Source: Thermoplasmatota archaeon
Lineage (GTDB): Archaea > Thermoplasmatota > Thermoplasmata > UBA10834
DNA length: 64,000 nucleotides
Reading direction: 5' to 3'
Assembly (NCBI GenBank): GCA_040751795.1
Contig: JBFMHR010000002.1
Span: forward strand, 1 to 64,000
Position 1 is the first letter of the stretch. Every line of letters starts with the position of its first letter. Shown piece by piece: positions 16,930 to 27,422 of this stretch. Under the pieces are notes generated by a model. The model saw only the letters and a list, made by a program, of their open reading frames with translations. It searched no databases and had not been told where the DNA came from. Made by a program: the position numbers and the translations under genes.

Positions 16930-18878
16930 TCCTCCGCCGCCTCCTTGACCCTCACCGCGATGCCGCGCTTGAACGCCAGCATCTCCCTCCTCGCCATGAG
17001 CGACCTGCCCACCGCGGCCAGCCCGCCCTTGGTGTCCACCACCAGGACGGAGTCCCCAGGCCTTATCGCGGGGTCGCAGTCGACCACGAACTTCGCGAAG
17101 ACGTTGTTGCCCTTCGCCGCGAACCCCGCGGGCTCGTCCTCGACCGTGACCCTCATGGCGCCAGGCGGGAGGACGCCCATCAGGAGCCTCGCGCCCTCCA
17201 TCTTCGGCGTGAGCCGCCCGTCGTGTGCCCTCATGGAGAAGGCGTGCACCCCGTCGATGATGACGTTCCTGATCTTGCCCGTGTTCCTCGACTTGACGAA
17301 CTCGACCTTCCTGCCGTCCAGTATGTCGGCCGCGCCCCTTCCGAACTGCATGTCGAGCACCGCCCTCACCCTCAGGAGGTCGAGGTCGAACCCCTTGGCC
17401 GCCGGCGCGACCTCCTCGAGGAACCGGAGGGTCTCGTCGCCCTCCCACATCACCGCGAGGGGGTAGCCGTGCTGGTGCGCGTGCCTCTCCATCGTCCTCC
17501 GGACCCTCTCGGCGACCTCGGCGTCGAGGTGCTCCGGGATCACGGACTGCGCTATCGGGTAGAGCTCGTCCAGCTCGATGGGCGCCGGCCCGAAGAAAGA
17601 GGCGACTATGAAGTCCGCGTCGACCTTGGCGGACACCTTCGCTATCTCCGATGCATATCCACGCGAGTAGGGCTTGGGCCCCTCCTCGAACCCTACCAGG
17701 ACCTTGGCGCCCGGCCTCCTGTAACGGGAGAAGTACCTCTCCCTGTACCTCGCGACGCTGGGCCGGTCGTAGCTCTCCGGCCCGCAGTAGAAGAACGCCC
17801 CCCTCCTGCTGGCGGGCTCGTACTCCTCGAGGAACTCGGCGTGCCTCCTCAGCACCTTCAGCACCGCGAGCAGCGACGGGTGCGCCCTCGCCCTCATCTC
17901 GACCATCTCCCACAGCGACCCGTCGTGGATGGCGTTCCTCACCTTCCTCAGCTCCTTGAGGCTGGTGAACAGGTTGTGCTCCGCGATGGCCTTCGTCCTC
18001 TCCGCTGGGCCGGCCGAGACGAGCTCCTTGACCGAGGTCGAGTTGCACGCCGGGCAGTCGCAGGCGAGGTCGTGCATGTCCCTCAGGAACCTCGTCCCCG
18101 TCGGGTACATGAATCGTTCCTCCCTCGCGTACTTCGCGTAAGATGCCGAGTCGAAGAGGTCGCACCCCAGCAGGACAGCGAACGGGAACACCATCGGGTG
18201 CCCCGCGCCGAATAGGTGGACAGGCCTCGACGGGTCGAGCCCCTTCTTGGAGGCGATGACGATCTCGGCCACGTCTGCGAACCTGTAGTCCTCCAGGAGC
18301 GGGACGACGCCCCCGATGGGGTGGAGGTCGAAGGCCATCGCCGAGAGCCTCTCCGCGCACTCCCTCCTCATCTCGGGGAAGACGCCGCCCTGGACCGTCC
18401 CGGCGAGGAGCATCCCGCCCTTCAGGGGGACGGACTCCTCCGCCCTGCGCAGGGTCTCCTCGGTGGCCGCCCTGGTCTGCTCCTCGGTCCACTCCGGCTC
18501 GGAGAACACGTCCAGTATCGTCCCGATGTCGGAGCCGATGTCCCTCTGGAACTCGACGATCTCCCTGTGGCCGACGCCGACCTTCCCGTAGACGTAGCTC
18601 TGGAATGTGCCGCTGTCCGTCATGACGGGCCCGTCGAAGTCCAGGAGCCCGTGGAGCCCGCCCCCCTGCGCCCTCTCGCGCAGCGCCTGGTCCGACCTGA
18701 TGATGTAGGAGTTGGTGATCAGGATCTCGACCTTGAACCGCTCCCTCATCTCCCGCGGTGTGATGGTGAGCTGGTTGGGGTTCACCACCGGCAGCAGCGC
18801 CGGCGTGGTGACCTTCCCGTGCCCGGTGGTGAGCTCGCAGATCCTGGCCAGGCCGTCGCGCTCCTTCAGCTCGAACAT
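16926..18878 (-). CDS. tgtA: Archaeosine tRNA-guanine(15) transglycosylase with C-terminal PUA domain
   Basis: TPALLPVVNP, MTDSGTFQ, HLFGAGHP, GCDLFDSASY, CDCPAC Zn site, PUA. Confidence 0.95.
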   Translation of the reverse strand: MFELKERDGLARICELTTGHGKVTTPALLPVVNPNQLTITPREMRERFKVEILITNSYIIRSDQALRERAQGGGLHGLLDFDGPVMTDSGTFQSYVYGKVGVGHREIVEFQRDIGSDIGTILDVFSEPEWTEEQTRAATEETLRRAEESVPLKGGMLLAGTVQGGVFPEMRRECAERLSAMAFDLHPIGGVVPLLEDYRFADVAEIVIASKKGLDPSRPVHLFGAGHPMVFPFAVLLGCDLFDSASYAKYAREERFMYPTGTRFLRDMHDLACDCPACNSTSVKELVSAGPAERTKAIAEHNLFTSLKELRKVRNAIHDGSLWEMVEMRARAHPSLLAVLKVLRRHAEFLEEYEPASRRGAFFYCGPESYDRPSVARYRERYFSRYRRPGAKVLVGFEEGPKPYSRGYASEIAKVSAKVDADFIVASFFGPAPIELDELYPIAQSVIPEHLDAEVAERVRRTMERHAHQHGYPLAVMWEGDETLRFLEEVAPAAKGFDLDLLRVRAVLDMQFGRGAADILDGRKVEFVKSRNTGKIRNVIIDGVHAFSMRAHDGRLTPKMEGARLLMGVLPPGAMRVTVEDEPAGFAAKGNNVFAKFVVDCDPAIRPGDSVLVVDTKGGLAAVGRSLMARREMLAFKRGIAVRVKEAAED

Positions 18879-18978
18879 GCGACATGATGTAACGCCTGGA
18901 GGGTAATTATGGTTTCACAGCGGCCCCCCCCGCAAAAGCATTAAGGCCGGTGCGCCTTTGCCCGCCTGGAGCATTCAG

Positions 18979-19542
18979 ATGGGCTTGTTCCAGGTATTGG
19001 CCGGTCTGGCGATAGTCTTCCTCCTGCCAGGCTACACCCTGGTCTGCCTCCTCTTCCCGCGGAGGGGGGAGCTGGACCCGGAGTACGACATAGTGTACAG
19101 GGTCGCCCTCGGGATGGGCCTCAGCATAGTCATTTCCATATTCGTCGGGTTCGGCCTGAACGCCATCAGCACGGAGGAGCAGGGGTACGTCTCAGCGGGC
19201 CCCCTGTGGGCGTCACTGCTGACCGTCACGGGGCTCTTCTTCCTGGGGGGCTGGTACTTGGGCGCCTACCCGTGGATGGGCCTCCTTCACCCGAGGCTCT
19301 ACCGCGACCCGCCCCCGAGGAAGGTCGCCGGGATGAAGGTCATGCAGACGGTCCGGGGCCGCCAGGCGGAGAGGCTCCTCATCGAGAGGGACCAGCTGCT
19401 CCGGGAGATAGACAAGCACGCGGCCCGGGCCTCGACTTCAAATCCCACGAAGCAGCTCTACTACCGCAGGAGGATAGAGCAGGCGAAGGCCCGCGTCGAG
19501 CAGGTCAACGCCGAGCTCGATCGCCTGGAGGAGGGGCGGTGA
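18979..19542 (+). CDS. DUF1616-like membrane protein
   Basis: FLLPGY...LFP...E/D-R-x-ALGMGLS pattern, 3 TM plus helical tail. Confidence 0.65.
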   Translation: MGLFQVLAGLAIVFLLPGYTLVCLLFPRRGELDPEYDIVYRVALGMGLSIVISIFVGFGLNAISTEEQGYVSAGPLWASLLTVTGLFFLGGWYLGAYPWMGLLHPRLYRDPPPRKVAGMKVMQTVRGRQAERLLIERDQLLREIDKHAARASTSNPTKQLYYRRRIEQAKARVEQVNAELDRLEEGR

Positions 19543-19543
19543 C

Positions 19544-19918
19544 ATGGCCGTGAGGAAGGGCGAGATGGAGTACAAGCTCGTCGTGGTCGTGAGGGACGAC
19601 CTCAGGATGTCCGGGGGCAAGCTGGCGGTGCAGGTCGCACACGCGGCGGTGTCATGCGCCCTGCAGGCCAAGTCCAGGAAGCCGGAGTGGTTCTCGTCGT
19701 GGTACAGGGAGGGGCAGAGGAAGGTCGTCGTCAAGGTGAAGACCCTCGAGGACCTCCTATCCCTCAAGGACAGGGCGTCCAGGGCCGGGATCCCGAGCGA
19801 GCTGATCACCGACGCGGGGCTCACGGAGCTCCCACCGAACACGACCACATGCCTGGGCATAGGCCCGGCGCCGGGGTCGCAGGTCGACCCGATCACGGGC
19901 GCGCTGCCGCTGGCGTGA
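19544..19918 (+). CDS. pth2: Peptidyl-tRNA hydrolase Pth2
   Basis: KLAVQVAHA, GQRKVVVK, DAGLTEL, GIGP. Confidence 0.95.
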   Translation: MAVRKGEMEYKLVVVVRDDLRMSGGKLAVQVAHAAVSCALQAKSRKPEWFSSWYREGQRKVVVKVKTLEDLLSLKDRASRAGIPSELITDAGLTELPPNTTTCLGIGPAPGSQVDPITGALPLA

Positions 19919-19923
19919 GGGCG

Positions 19924-20496
19924 ATGAAGGGTCAGGTCAGGGTCCTGGGCGTCGACGACTCCCCGTTCGCCTTCGGCGACAGGAGGTCGCTCGTGATAGG
20001 GGCGCTGGTCCGCGCCCCCAGCTACCTCGAGGCGGTCATGAGGACGGACGTGGCCGTCGACGGGGACGACGCGACCGACCGTCTGGTCGAGATGGTGGCC
20101 GGGTCGAGGTACGCGGAGCAGATCGCCCTCGTGATGGTGGACGGCATAGCGCTCGCGGGCTTCAACGTCATCGACCTCGAGTCCTTCCACCGTAGGACCG
20201 GGGTCCCGGTCGCGACGGTGACGAGGGACGAGCCGGACATGGGCGAGATCGAGGCAGCGCTGAGGAAGCACTTCCCGGACTGGGAGAGGCGCCTCTCTCT
20301 CGTGAAGCGCGTCCCGCTGAGGCCGCTCGACACGGGCCACAACCCCCTCCACGCCTCGGTCCTGGGGATGGAATGGGACGACCTGGTCAGGCTCGCCCGC
20401 TCGACGACCGTGAGGGGCGCCCTCCCCGAGCCGGTCCGCATAGCGCACCTGGTCGCGGCCGCGATGGTCAAAGGGGAGTCCCGCGGACGGTCCTAG
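19924..20496 (+). CDS. DUF99 family (endonuclease V-like) protein
   Basis: VLGVDDSPF, DGDDAT, DGIALAGFNVID, PEPVRIAHL. Confidence 0.88.
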   Translation: MKGQVRVLGVDDSPFAFGDRRSLVIGALVRAPSYLEAVMRTDVAVDGDDATDRLVEMVAGSRYAEQIALVMVDGIALAGFNVIDLESFHRRTGVPVATVTRDEPDMGEIEAALRKHFPDWERRLSLVKRVPLRPLDTGHNPLHASVLGMEWDDLVRLARSTTVRGALPEPVRIAHLVAAAMVKGESRGRS

Positions 20497-20560
20497 GGCG
20501 GCCGACCATGCGAAAGTCATAATACGGGGTATGGCCTGAGCTTCGCCAGGAGGGAATCGC

Positions 20561-21097
20561 ATGATCAAGAACCTCTTCACTAAGCACGAACACAGGGTGT
20601 TCTCAGGAATGACCAAGGAGCAGGCCATCCAGGGCGCGGCCTGGTACTGGCGCTCGAGGCAGTTCGGCATCAACTTCCCGTCGCCATACGCGATGGCCGG
20701 CGCGCAGTACTACTCCAAGATGGGCCTCAGGCAGCAGGTGCACATCACCTGCTTCGAGATGGGCCAGGGAGCGGGCGTGGACGTGAGCTTCTCCGGGGAG
20801 CTGACCGACGAAGGCGCGGTCGTGGGCGCAATCGGGGCGATCCTCGTGCTGCCTGTCGCCGTCGCGGTCGGGGCCGTCTCATACATCGAGTACGAGAACG
20901 ACGCCAGCAGGCTCCTGAACGACTTCTGGTCGTACATGTCCTCGTACGCGTCGAACCAGAGGCCGCCGGCGGACGAGGCGCGGCCGCCATCTTGGGCGGA
21001 GGGGACCCCCCAGGCGGGACCGCGGACGTGCCCTGGGTGCAGCGCCCCGGCGGAGCCCGACTCCATGTTCTGCAAGTACTGCGGGACCAGGCTCTGA
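20561..21097 (+). CDS. Membrane protein with C-terminal zinc ribbon
   Basis: Central TM helix; CPGC...FCKYCG. Confidence 0.75.
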   Translation: MIKNLFTKHEHRVFSGMTKEQAIQGAAWYWRSRQFGINFPSPYAMAGAQYYSKMGLRQQVHITCFEMGQGAGVDVSFSGELTDEGAVVGAIGAILVLPVAVAVGAVSYIEYENDASRLLNDFWSYMSSYASNQRPPADEARPPSWAEGTPQAGPRTCPGCSAPAEPDSMFCKYCGTRL

Positions 21098-21195
21098 GGC
21101 CGCATGCGGCATGCTGGCCTGGCCGCCGTAAAGACCGCAAGTTTTAATAGGGAGAGGGTTTTGTAGGGCCTACCTTCGCTGAAAAGGTGACATTG

Positions 21196-21624
21196 GTGCC
21201 GAAAGGAATGTACACAGCCAGGAAGCTCAAGGATGACAGGCAGAAGTTCCGGTGGAGCGACCGGTACTACAAGCGCAGGGCGATGAAGCTCAAGGAGAAG
21301 TCGGACCCGCTCGAGGGCTCTGCCCAGGCCAGAGGGGTCGTCCTGGAGAAGGTCGGCATCGAGGCCAAGCAGCCCAACTCGGCCATCAGGAAGTGCGTCA
21401 AGATCCAGCTCATCAAGAACGGCCGCCAGATCACCGCCTTCGCTGTCGGCGACGGCGCCATCAACTTCATCGACGAGCACGACGAGGTCCTGGTCGAGGG
21501 CATCGGCGGCAGGATGGGCCGGTCGTACGGCGACATCCCCGGCGTGAGGTACAAGGTCATCAAGGTCAACAACGTCTCTCTGGACGAACTCGTCCGGGGC
21601 AGGAAGGAGAAGCCGGTGAGGTGA
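21196..21624 (+). CDS. rps12: 30S ribosomal protein S12 (uS12)
   Basis: [20 protein letters not shown]; GTG start after AGGTGA. Confidence 0.97.
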   Translation: MPKGMYTARKLKDDRQKFRWSDRYYKRRAMKLKEKSDPLEGSAQARGVVLEKVGIEAKQPNSAIRKCVKIQLIKNGRQITAFAVGDGAINFIDEHDEVLVEGIGGRMGRSYGDIPGVRYKVIKVNNVSLDELVRGRKEKPVR

Positions 21625-21629
21625 CCGAG

Positions 21630-22355
21630 ATGGAAGATGAGAACGCACCCACGAAGGAATCCCCCGCCCCCGAGCCTGCGACCACCCCTGAGGCAGCTGC
21701 TGCACCGCTTTCCCAGGATGGACCGAAGGCCGAGGCCCCAGAGCAGGCCGCGCTCCCGAAGCCCCCGGTGGAGGAGAGGCTCCCCCCGGTCGGGAACGTG
21801 CTCCTGTTCGGCAAGTACGACGTGTCCGGGGTGACGCTGAGGGACGCTGGCATGGCGAGGTACATCGACGTGACCCCCGTGTCCGTGCCGCACACGGGCG
21901 GGAGGCACACGAGCAAGGCCTTCGGCAAGGCCAAGATGAGCATCGTCGAGAGGCTCATCAACAACATGATGCGCACCGAGGACTTCACCGGGAAGAAGAT
22001 GAAGTCCTACAAGGCGGTCGAGGAGGCCTTCGGCATAATCGCCAAGAAGACCAACCAGAACCCGCTCCAGCTCCTGGTCGACGCCCTCCAGAACACGGCC
22101 CCGAGGGAGGAGGTCACGCGGCTCCAGTACGGCGGAATATCCGTCCCGAAGGCGGTCGACGTGGCCCCCGCAAGGCGGGTGGACCTCGCGCTCAGGCACC
22201 TCTGCAGGGCGACGCTGGAGACGTCGCACAAGAGCAAGAAGCCGATAGGCGAGTGCCTCGCCGACGAGATCATCGCGGCCGCCAAGAACGACATAAACTC
22301 CGCGTCGGTCGCCAAGAAGGAAGAGATCGAGCGGGTCGCGGCCTCGGCGCGCTGA
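21630..22355 (+). CDS. rps7: 30S ribosomal protein S7 (uS7) with Pro/Ala/Glu-rich N-terminal extension
   Basis: IVERLIN, PREEVTR, AVDVAPARRVD, ERVAASAR. Confidence 0.96.
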   Translation: MEDENAPTKESPAPEPATTPEAAAAPLSQDGPKAEAPEQAALPKPPVEERLPPVGNVLLFGKYDVSGVTLRDAGMARYIDVTPVSVPHTGGRHTSKAFGKAKMSIVERLINNMMRTEDFTGKKMKSYKAVEEAFGIIAKKTNQNPLQLLVDALQNTAPREEVTRLQYGGISVPKAVDVAPARRVDLALRHLCRATLETSHKSKKPIGECLADEIIAAAKNDINSASVAKKEEIERVAASAR

Positions 22356-22438
22356 TGCGGCGCCTGAAACCACTTCCATGATTTGCTGTTCGGCGGTCCC
22401 TGATCGCTCCCGAATACAGCCAGACCCATGGTGATCGT

Positions 22439-24637
22439 ATGGGAAGGAAAGAGGACAACATCAAGAAGGCGCAGGCCCTGATGAGGCAGACCAAGTTCAT
22501 CCGCAACATCGGTACGGCCGCGCACATCGACCACGGGAAGACGACGCTCTCAGACAACCTGATCGCGGGCGCGGGCATGATGTCCGAGGACCTCGCGGGG
22601 AAGCAGCTCCTCCTGGACTTCGACGAGCAGGAGCAGGCCAGGGGCATAACCATCAACGCCGCCAGCGCGTCCATGGTCTACGACTACAAGGGCCAGGAGT
22701 ACCTCATCAACCTCATCGACACGCCCGGGCACGTGGACTTCGGCGGCGACGTCACGAGGGCCATGAGGGCCATCGACGGCGTCATCATCCTCGTCTGCGC
22801 GGTCGAGGGCGTCATGCCGCAGACCGAGACCGTCATCAGGCAGGCCATCAAGGAGCGCGTCCACCCCATACTCTTCATCAACAAGGTCGACAGGCTCATC
22901 AACGAGCTCCAGGTCACGCCCGAGCAGATGCAGCAGCGCCTGGCCGCGATCATGAACGAGGTGCACACGAAGGTCCAGAACCTGCTCCCGCCAGACCTGA
23001 AGGACAAGTGGGCGCTCAACGTGTCCACCGGCAACATCATCCTCGGCTCGGCCTTCAACAACTGGGCCATAAGCGTGCCCTACATGAAGAAGACGAACAT
23101 CACGTTCAAGGACATCTACGAGTACTGCAAGAAGGGCGACCAGAAGACGCTGTCAAAGAGGGCGCCCCTCCACGAGGTCCTCCTCGAGGAGGTCATCATG
23201 CACCTCCCGAACCCCGCCGACGCCCAGAAGCTGAGGATACCCATCATATGGCACGGCGAGCCCGAGTCCAACTTCGGCAAGGGCATGCTGAACTGCGACC
23301 CGGAGGGCCCGGTCGCGATGATGGTCACCAAGATCATCGTCGACCCGCACGCGGGCGAGGTCGCGGTCGGCAGGCTGTTCAGCGGCAAGGTCGTCAAGGG
23401 CCAGGAGATGCACATCATAGGCATGCCGAACCCGAACAGGGCCCAGATGGTGTCCCTCACGGTCGGCGCCGACAGGATCCCCGTCGAGGAGATCGACGCG
23501 GGGAACGTCGTGGCCATCTCCGGCCTGAAGGACGCCATCGCCGGCTCCACCGTCTCCAGCGACCCGGCGATGCAGCCGTTCGAGAAGATCGTCCACTACT
23601 CCGACCCGGTCGTCACGGTGGCCATAGAGGCGAAGCACACCAAGGACCTCCCGAAGCTGGTCGACGTCCTGCGCACGGTCGCCAAGGCCGACCCGTCGAT
23701 CCAGGTCGAGATCAACCAGGAGACCGGCGAGCACCTGATGTCCGGCATGGGCGAGCTCCACCTGGAGGTCACCAACTACAGGATCGTCAACGAGCACAAG
23801 GTCGAGATCAAGACCTCCCCGCCCATCGTGGTCTTCAGGGAGTGCGTCACGGGCTCAGGCGGCCCGTTCGAGGGGAAGTCCCCGAACAAGCACAACCGGT
23901 TCTACGTCGAGGTCGAGCCGCTCCCGACCGCTGTGGTCGAGGCTATGCGCTCCGGCGTGATCGAGACCGAGGGCAGGGTCAAGGACGCCAAGGCCGTCGC
24001 CAAGCAGCTCCAGGAGCTCGGCATGGAGAGGGACGAGGCCAGGGGCATCACCGCCTTCCACGGCACGAACATGCTGCTCGACACGACCAAGGGCATCCAG
24101 TACCTGCACGAGACCATGGAGCTCGTCAAGGAGGCCTACATAGAGGCGATGAACCAGGGCCCCCTCTGCAACGAGAAGTGCATGGCCATGAAGGTCAAGC
24201 TCGTGGACGCCAAGCTCCACGAGGACAGCATCCACAGGGGCCCGGCCCAGGTGATACCCGCCGCGAGGTCCGCCATCTACGGCGCGATGTGCCTCGCCGG
24301 GAGGACCCTCTACGAGCCCATGCAGAAGGTCTTCATCAACGTCCCGCAGGACGTCATGGGCGACGCGATACGCGAGATCCAGCAGAGGAGGGGCGTCATC
24401 GAGGACATGAAGCAGGAGGGCGAGATGACCGTCCTGGCCTCGAAGTGCCCGGTCTCCGAGATGTTCGGCTTCGCCGCGTCCATCAGGGGCGCCACGAGCG
24501 GCAGGGCCCTGTGGTCCACCGAGAACGCGGGCTTCGAGCCCATGCCAAAGGAGCCACTGGAGAGGACCGTGCCGCAAATCCGGCAGAGGAAGGGCCTCAA
24601 GCCCGAGCCGTACGACGCGTCGTACTACTCGGGATGA
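22439..24637 (+). CDS. fusA: Elongation factor EF-2
   Basis: AHIDHGKTT, DTPGHVDF, NKVD, diphthamide loop HEDSIHRGPAQ. Confidence 0.98.
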   Translation: MGRKEDNIKKAQALMRQTKFIRNIGTAAHIDHGKTTLSDNLIAGAGMMSEDLAGKQLLLDFDEQEQARGITINAASASMVYDYKGQEYLINLIDTPGHVDFGGDVTRAMRAIDGVIILVCAVEGVMPQTETVIRQAIKERVHPILFINKVDRLINELQVTPEQMQQRLAAIMNEVHTKVQNLLPPDLKDKWALNVSTGNIILGSAFNNWAISVPYMKKTNITFKDIYEYCKKGDQKTLSKRAPLHEVLLEEVIMHLPNPADAQKLRIPIIWHGEPESNFGKGMLNCDPEGPVAMMVTKIIVDPHAGEVAVGRLFSGKVVKGQEMHIIGMPNPNRAQMVSLTVGADRIPVEEIDAGNVVAISGLKDAIAGSTVSSDPAMQPFEKIVHYSDPVVTVAIEAKHTKDLPKLVDVLRTVAKADPSIQVEINQETGEHLMSGMGELHLEVTNYRIVNEHKVEIKTSPPIVVFRECVTGSGGPFEGKSPNKHNRFYVEVEPLPTAVVEAMRSGVIETEGRVKDAKAVAKQLQELGMERDEARGITAFHGTNMLLDTTKGIQYLHETMELVKEAYIEAMNQGPLCNEKCMAMKVKLVDAKLHEDSIHRGPAQVIPAARSAIYGAMCLAGRTLYEPMQKVFINVPQDVMGDAIREIQQRRGVIEDMKQEGEMTVLASKCPVSEMFGFAASIRGATSGRALWSTENAGFEPMPKEPLERTVPQIRQRKGLKPEPYDASYYSG

Positions 24638-24725
24638 TGGCCCAGTCCACATCCCAGGAATCTGATGGGCAAGACTAATATACCAAGAGCATCATGCTCC
24701 GAAAGAAGGCAATGGAGGCCATGAT

Positions 24726-25997
24726 ATGGCAGAGAAACCGCACATGAACTTGGTGTTCATCGGACACGTCGACCACGGCAAGTCGACCACTGTCGGCCGA
24801 CTGCTCCTCGACACAGGGCACATCGAGCCCCACGTGATCGAGAAGTACAGGAAGGAGGCCGAGCAGAAGGGCAAGGCGACTTTCGAGTTCGCGTGGGTCA
24901 TGGATGGACTCAAGGAGGAGAGGGAGAGAGGTCTCACCATCGATGTGGCGCACAAGAGGTTCAACACGCAGAAGTACTACTTCACCATCATCGACGCGCC
25001 CGGCCACAGGGACTTCGTCAAGAACATGATCACCGGCACGAGCCAGGCAGACGCCGCGGTCATAGTGGTGTCGTCCATAGAAGGCCCGCAGGCCCAGACG
25101 AAGGAGCACATCTTCCTGGCCAGGACGCTCGGCGTGAACCAGATAGTCATCGATGTCAATAAGATGGACGCCGTCAAGTACGACCAGGCCAAGTACGAGG
25201 AGACGAAGAAGGCCGTCACCGAGCTGCTCAAGACCGTGGGCTACAAGGTCGACGAGATACCCTTCATCCCGTGCTCCGGCTACAAGGGCGACAACATCGC
25301 CTCGAAGAGCCCGAACACCCCCTGGTACAAGGGCCCGACGATGGTCGAGGCGCTCGACGCGCTCAAGGCCCCGTCCAAGGCGACCGACAAGCCCCTGAGG
25401 CTGCCGGTCCAGGACATCTACAGCATCACCGGCGTCGGCACAGTGCCGGTGGGCAGGGTCGAGACAGGCGTGATCAAGCCCGACATGAAGATCATCTTCA
25501 TGCCCTCGAACAAGGTGGGCGAGGTCAAGTCCGTCGAGATGCACCACGAGCAGATGCCGAAGGCGGAGCCAGGCGACAACGTCGGGTTCAACGTCAGGGG
25601 CATCGCCAAGACCGACGTCAAGAGGGGCGACGTGGCCGGCCCGGTGGAGAGCCCGCCGACCGTCGCGAAGTCCTTCACCGCCCAGATAATGGTCCTGAAC
25701 CACCCGAGCGTCATAACGGTCGGGTACACCCCGGTGTTCCACTGCCACACGGCCCAGGTCGCGTGCACGTTCACCGAGCTCCAGAAGAAGCTGGACCCGA
25801 GGACCGGCACCGTCAAGGAGGAGAACCCGCAGTTCCTGAAGACCGGCGACGCGGCCATCGTGAAGATCACGCCGACCAAGCCGCTGGCCATAGAGAAGGC
25901 GAAGGAGTTCCCGCAGCTCGGGAGGTTCGCCGTCAGGGACATGGGCCAGACCGTCGCGGCGGGCATGGTCATCGACATCGAGAAGAAGGAGATGTAA
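24726..25997 (+). CDS. tuf: Elongation factor EF-1 alpha
   Basis: [32 protein letters not shown]. Confidence 0.98.
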   Translation: MAEKPHMNLVFIGHVDHGKSTTVGRLLLDTGHIEPHVIEKYRKEAEQKGKATFEFAWVMDGLKEERERGLTIDVAHKRFNTQKYYFTIIDAPGHRDFVKNMITGTSQADAAVIVVSSIEGPQAQTKEHIFLARTLGVNQIVIDVNKMDAVKYDQAKYEETKKAVTELLKTVGYKVDEIPFIPCSGYKGDNIASKSPNTPWYKGPTMVEALDALKAPSKATDKPLRLPVQDIYSITGVGTVPVGRVETGVIKPDMKIIFMPSNKVGEVKSVEMHHEQMPKAEPGDNVGFNVRGIAKTDVKRGDVAGPVESPPTVAKSFTAQIMVLNHPSVITVGYTPVFHCHTAQVACTFTELQKKLDPRTGTVKEENPQFLKTGDAAIVKITPTKPLAIEKAKEFPQLGRFAVRDMGQTVAAGMVIDIEKKEM

Positions 25998-26044
25998 ACC
26001 CCTTAAACCGCTTCCCAATGTTTTCCATGTGAGGTTTTGTTGAG

Positions 26045-26356
26045 ATGTCGCAGAGGGCCAGGATATCGCTGAGCGGGACGGACCCCGAGAAGGTCGACAT
26101 GGTCTGCAAGCAGATCAAGACCATCAGCGAGAAGACCGGCGTCGACATCGCCGGGCCGATACCACTGCCCACCAAGAGGCTGAAGGTGCCGGTCCGCAAG
26201 AGCCCCGACGGCGAGGGCTCCGAGACCTGGGACCGCTGGGAGATGCGCGTCCACAAGAGGCTCATAGACCTCGACGCGGACGAGCGCGCCCTGAGGCAGC
26301 TCATGAGGATACAGGTCCCGGACGGCGTCAACATCGAGATCGTCCTGAGGTCCTGA
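26045..26356 (+). CDS. rps10: 30S ribosomal protein S10 (uS10)
   Basis: [21 protein letters not shown]. Confidence 0.97.
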   Translation: MSQRARISLSGTDPEKVDMVCKQIKTISEKTGVDIAGPIPLPTKRLKVPVRKSPDGEGSETWDRWEMRVHKRLIDLDADERALRQLMRIQVPDGVNIEIVLRS

Positions 26357-26576
26357 ACGGCCTGAAGGACTTGACGGATAAATCCGCCGTGCCCATATCG
26401 ACAATCTGAGGTCTTGAACTGTTTGCGGCAGGCTGTCGTCTAGGCCGCCGCCGAGCGGGGACGGAGTCCTCTCAGGATGCAGCTTCGCCCGCGCTCGCGT
26501 GCGGGAGCGCGCGCACCGCCCGCCCCGGCAAACCTATTTAACCGGAATGGCCGATGAGCCAAATCCGCTCCGGCAC

Positions 26577-26651
26577 GGGCCGATAGATCAGTGGAAGATC
26601 GCCTGCTTTGCAAGCAGGAGGTCAGGGGTTCAAATCCCCTTCGGTCCACCA
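26577..26651 (+). tRNA. tRNA-Ala(UGC), CCA encoded
   Basis: GGGCCGA/TCGGTCC acceptor with G3-U70; CCTGC-TT-TGC-AA-GCAGG; GGTTCAAATCC; TATTTAA box at ~26535. Confidence 0.96.
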
Positions 26652-26984
26652 AATCTACCGGCAGGGCGACGAACGCAATCCTCGCTATTCCTGCATCTGG
26701 ACACTCAGGTCCACCCTGCTTCGAAAATGGCGGCTCGACCGAGGGGTTCGCGCCTGAGCAGATTCCTATCATGCGATTCTCAACGAGTTGCCTCACCTCC
26801 GCGATGTTTGTCCATGCCTCACTGAGTGTCCCTTCTGCCAACCGGTGAGATGATATCTCCGACATCTTCGCCCCACTTCCAGGCGAATCTCTGACCCTTC
26901 TGGTGGACACGCATAGTTAACGGCCGCCCGACATGAGAGCTGCCGAGAATGAGAGAAGCCTGGTAAAAGGCAGGAGGAACGAAG

Positions 26985-27422
26985 ATGTCAATGGACAAGA
27001 AGGACGGAGGGCCGGACGTGGTCATCGATGGCATAGACCTGCGGACCATCGAGGCCGATGCTGAGCGATCGAACGAGAAGGAGGCGTATGGTCGTGTCTC
27101 GAGCGGGGACGACTCCCGGCTCGGTGTGATCGTCTCCGTGTCCCCCGACGGGTGCTACACCTACACGATTGAACTCCTCGTCCGCGCCCTTGCGGGCAGG
27201 ACGGAGCTCCGTGTCCGGGACATGGAGCGGGCGACACGGCTGTCCAAGGCGCTGAAGGGCCTGGGATACTCGATCCGCCACGAGGACGACGGTTGGATCT
27301 CCTGCGAGCGGGCCATCGGGCGGGACGAGGTCGCGGACGAATGCCGGGTCCTCATGGGCATAGTCCTGGCGTCCGAGGCGGAGATGAATGAGCCTGACGG
27401 CGGAAATGTGAAGGAGGGATAA
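26985..27422 (+). CDS. Hypothetical protein
   Basis: AGGAGG SD; stop overlaps the next ATG. Confidence 0.65.
   Translation: MSMDKKDGGPDVVIDGIDLRTIEADAERSNEKEAYGRVSSGDDSRLGVIVSVSPDGCYTYTIELLVRALAGRTELRVRDMERATRLSKALKGLGYSIRHEDDGWISCERAIGRDEVADECRVLMGIVLASEAEMNEPDGGNVKEG

Noticed and set aside
21630-21800. Low-complexity extensions on uS7, uS13 and uS4
   Set aside because: Charged or Pro-rich tails are common on archaeal ribosomal proteins; no further signal.
26440-26910. Split SSV-type integrase reading through tRNA-Ala
   Set aside because: No tyrosine-recombinase motifs and no second att copy found; the frame is simply antisense to the tRNA.
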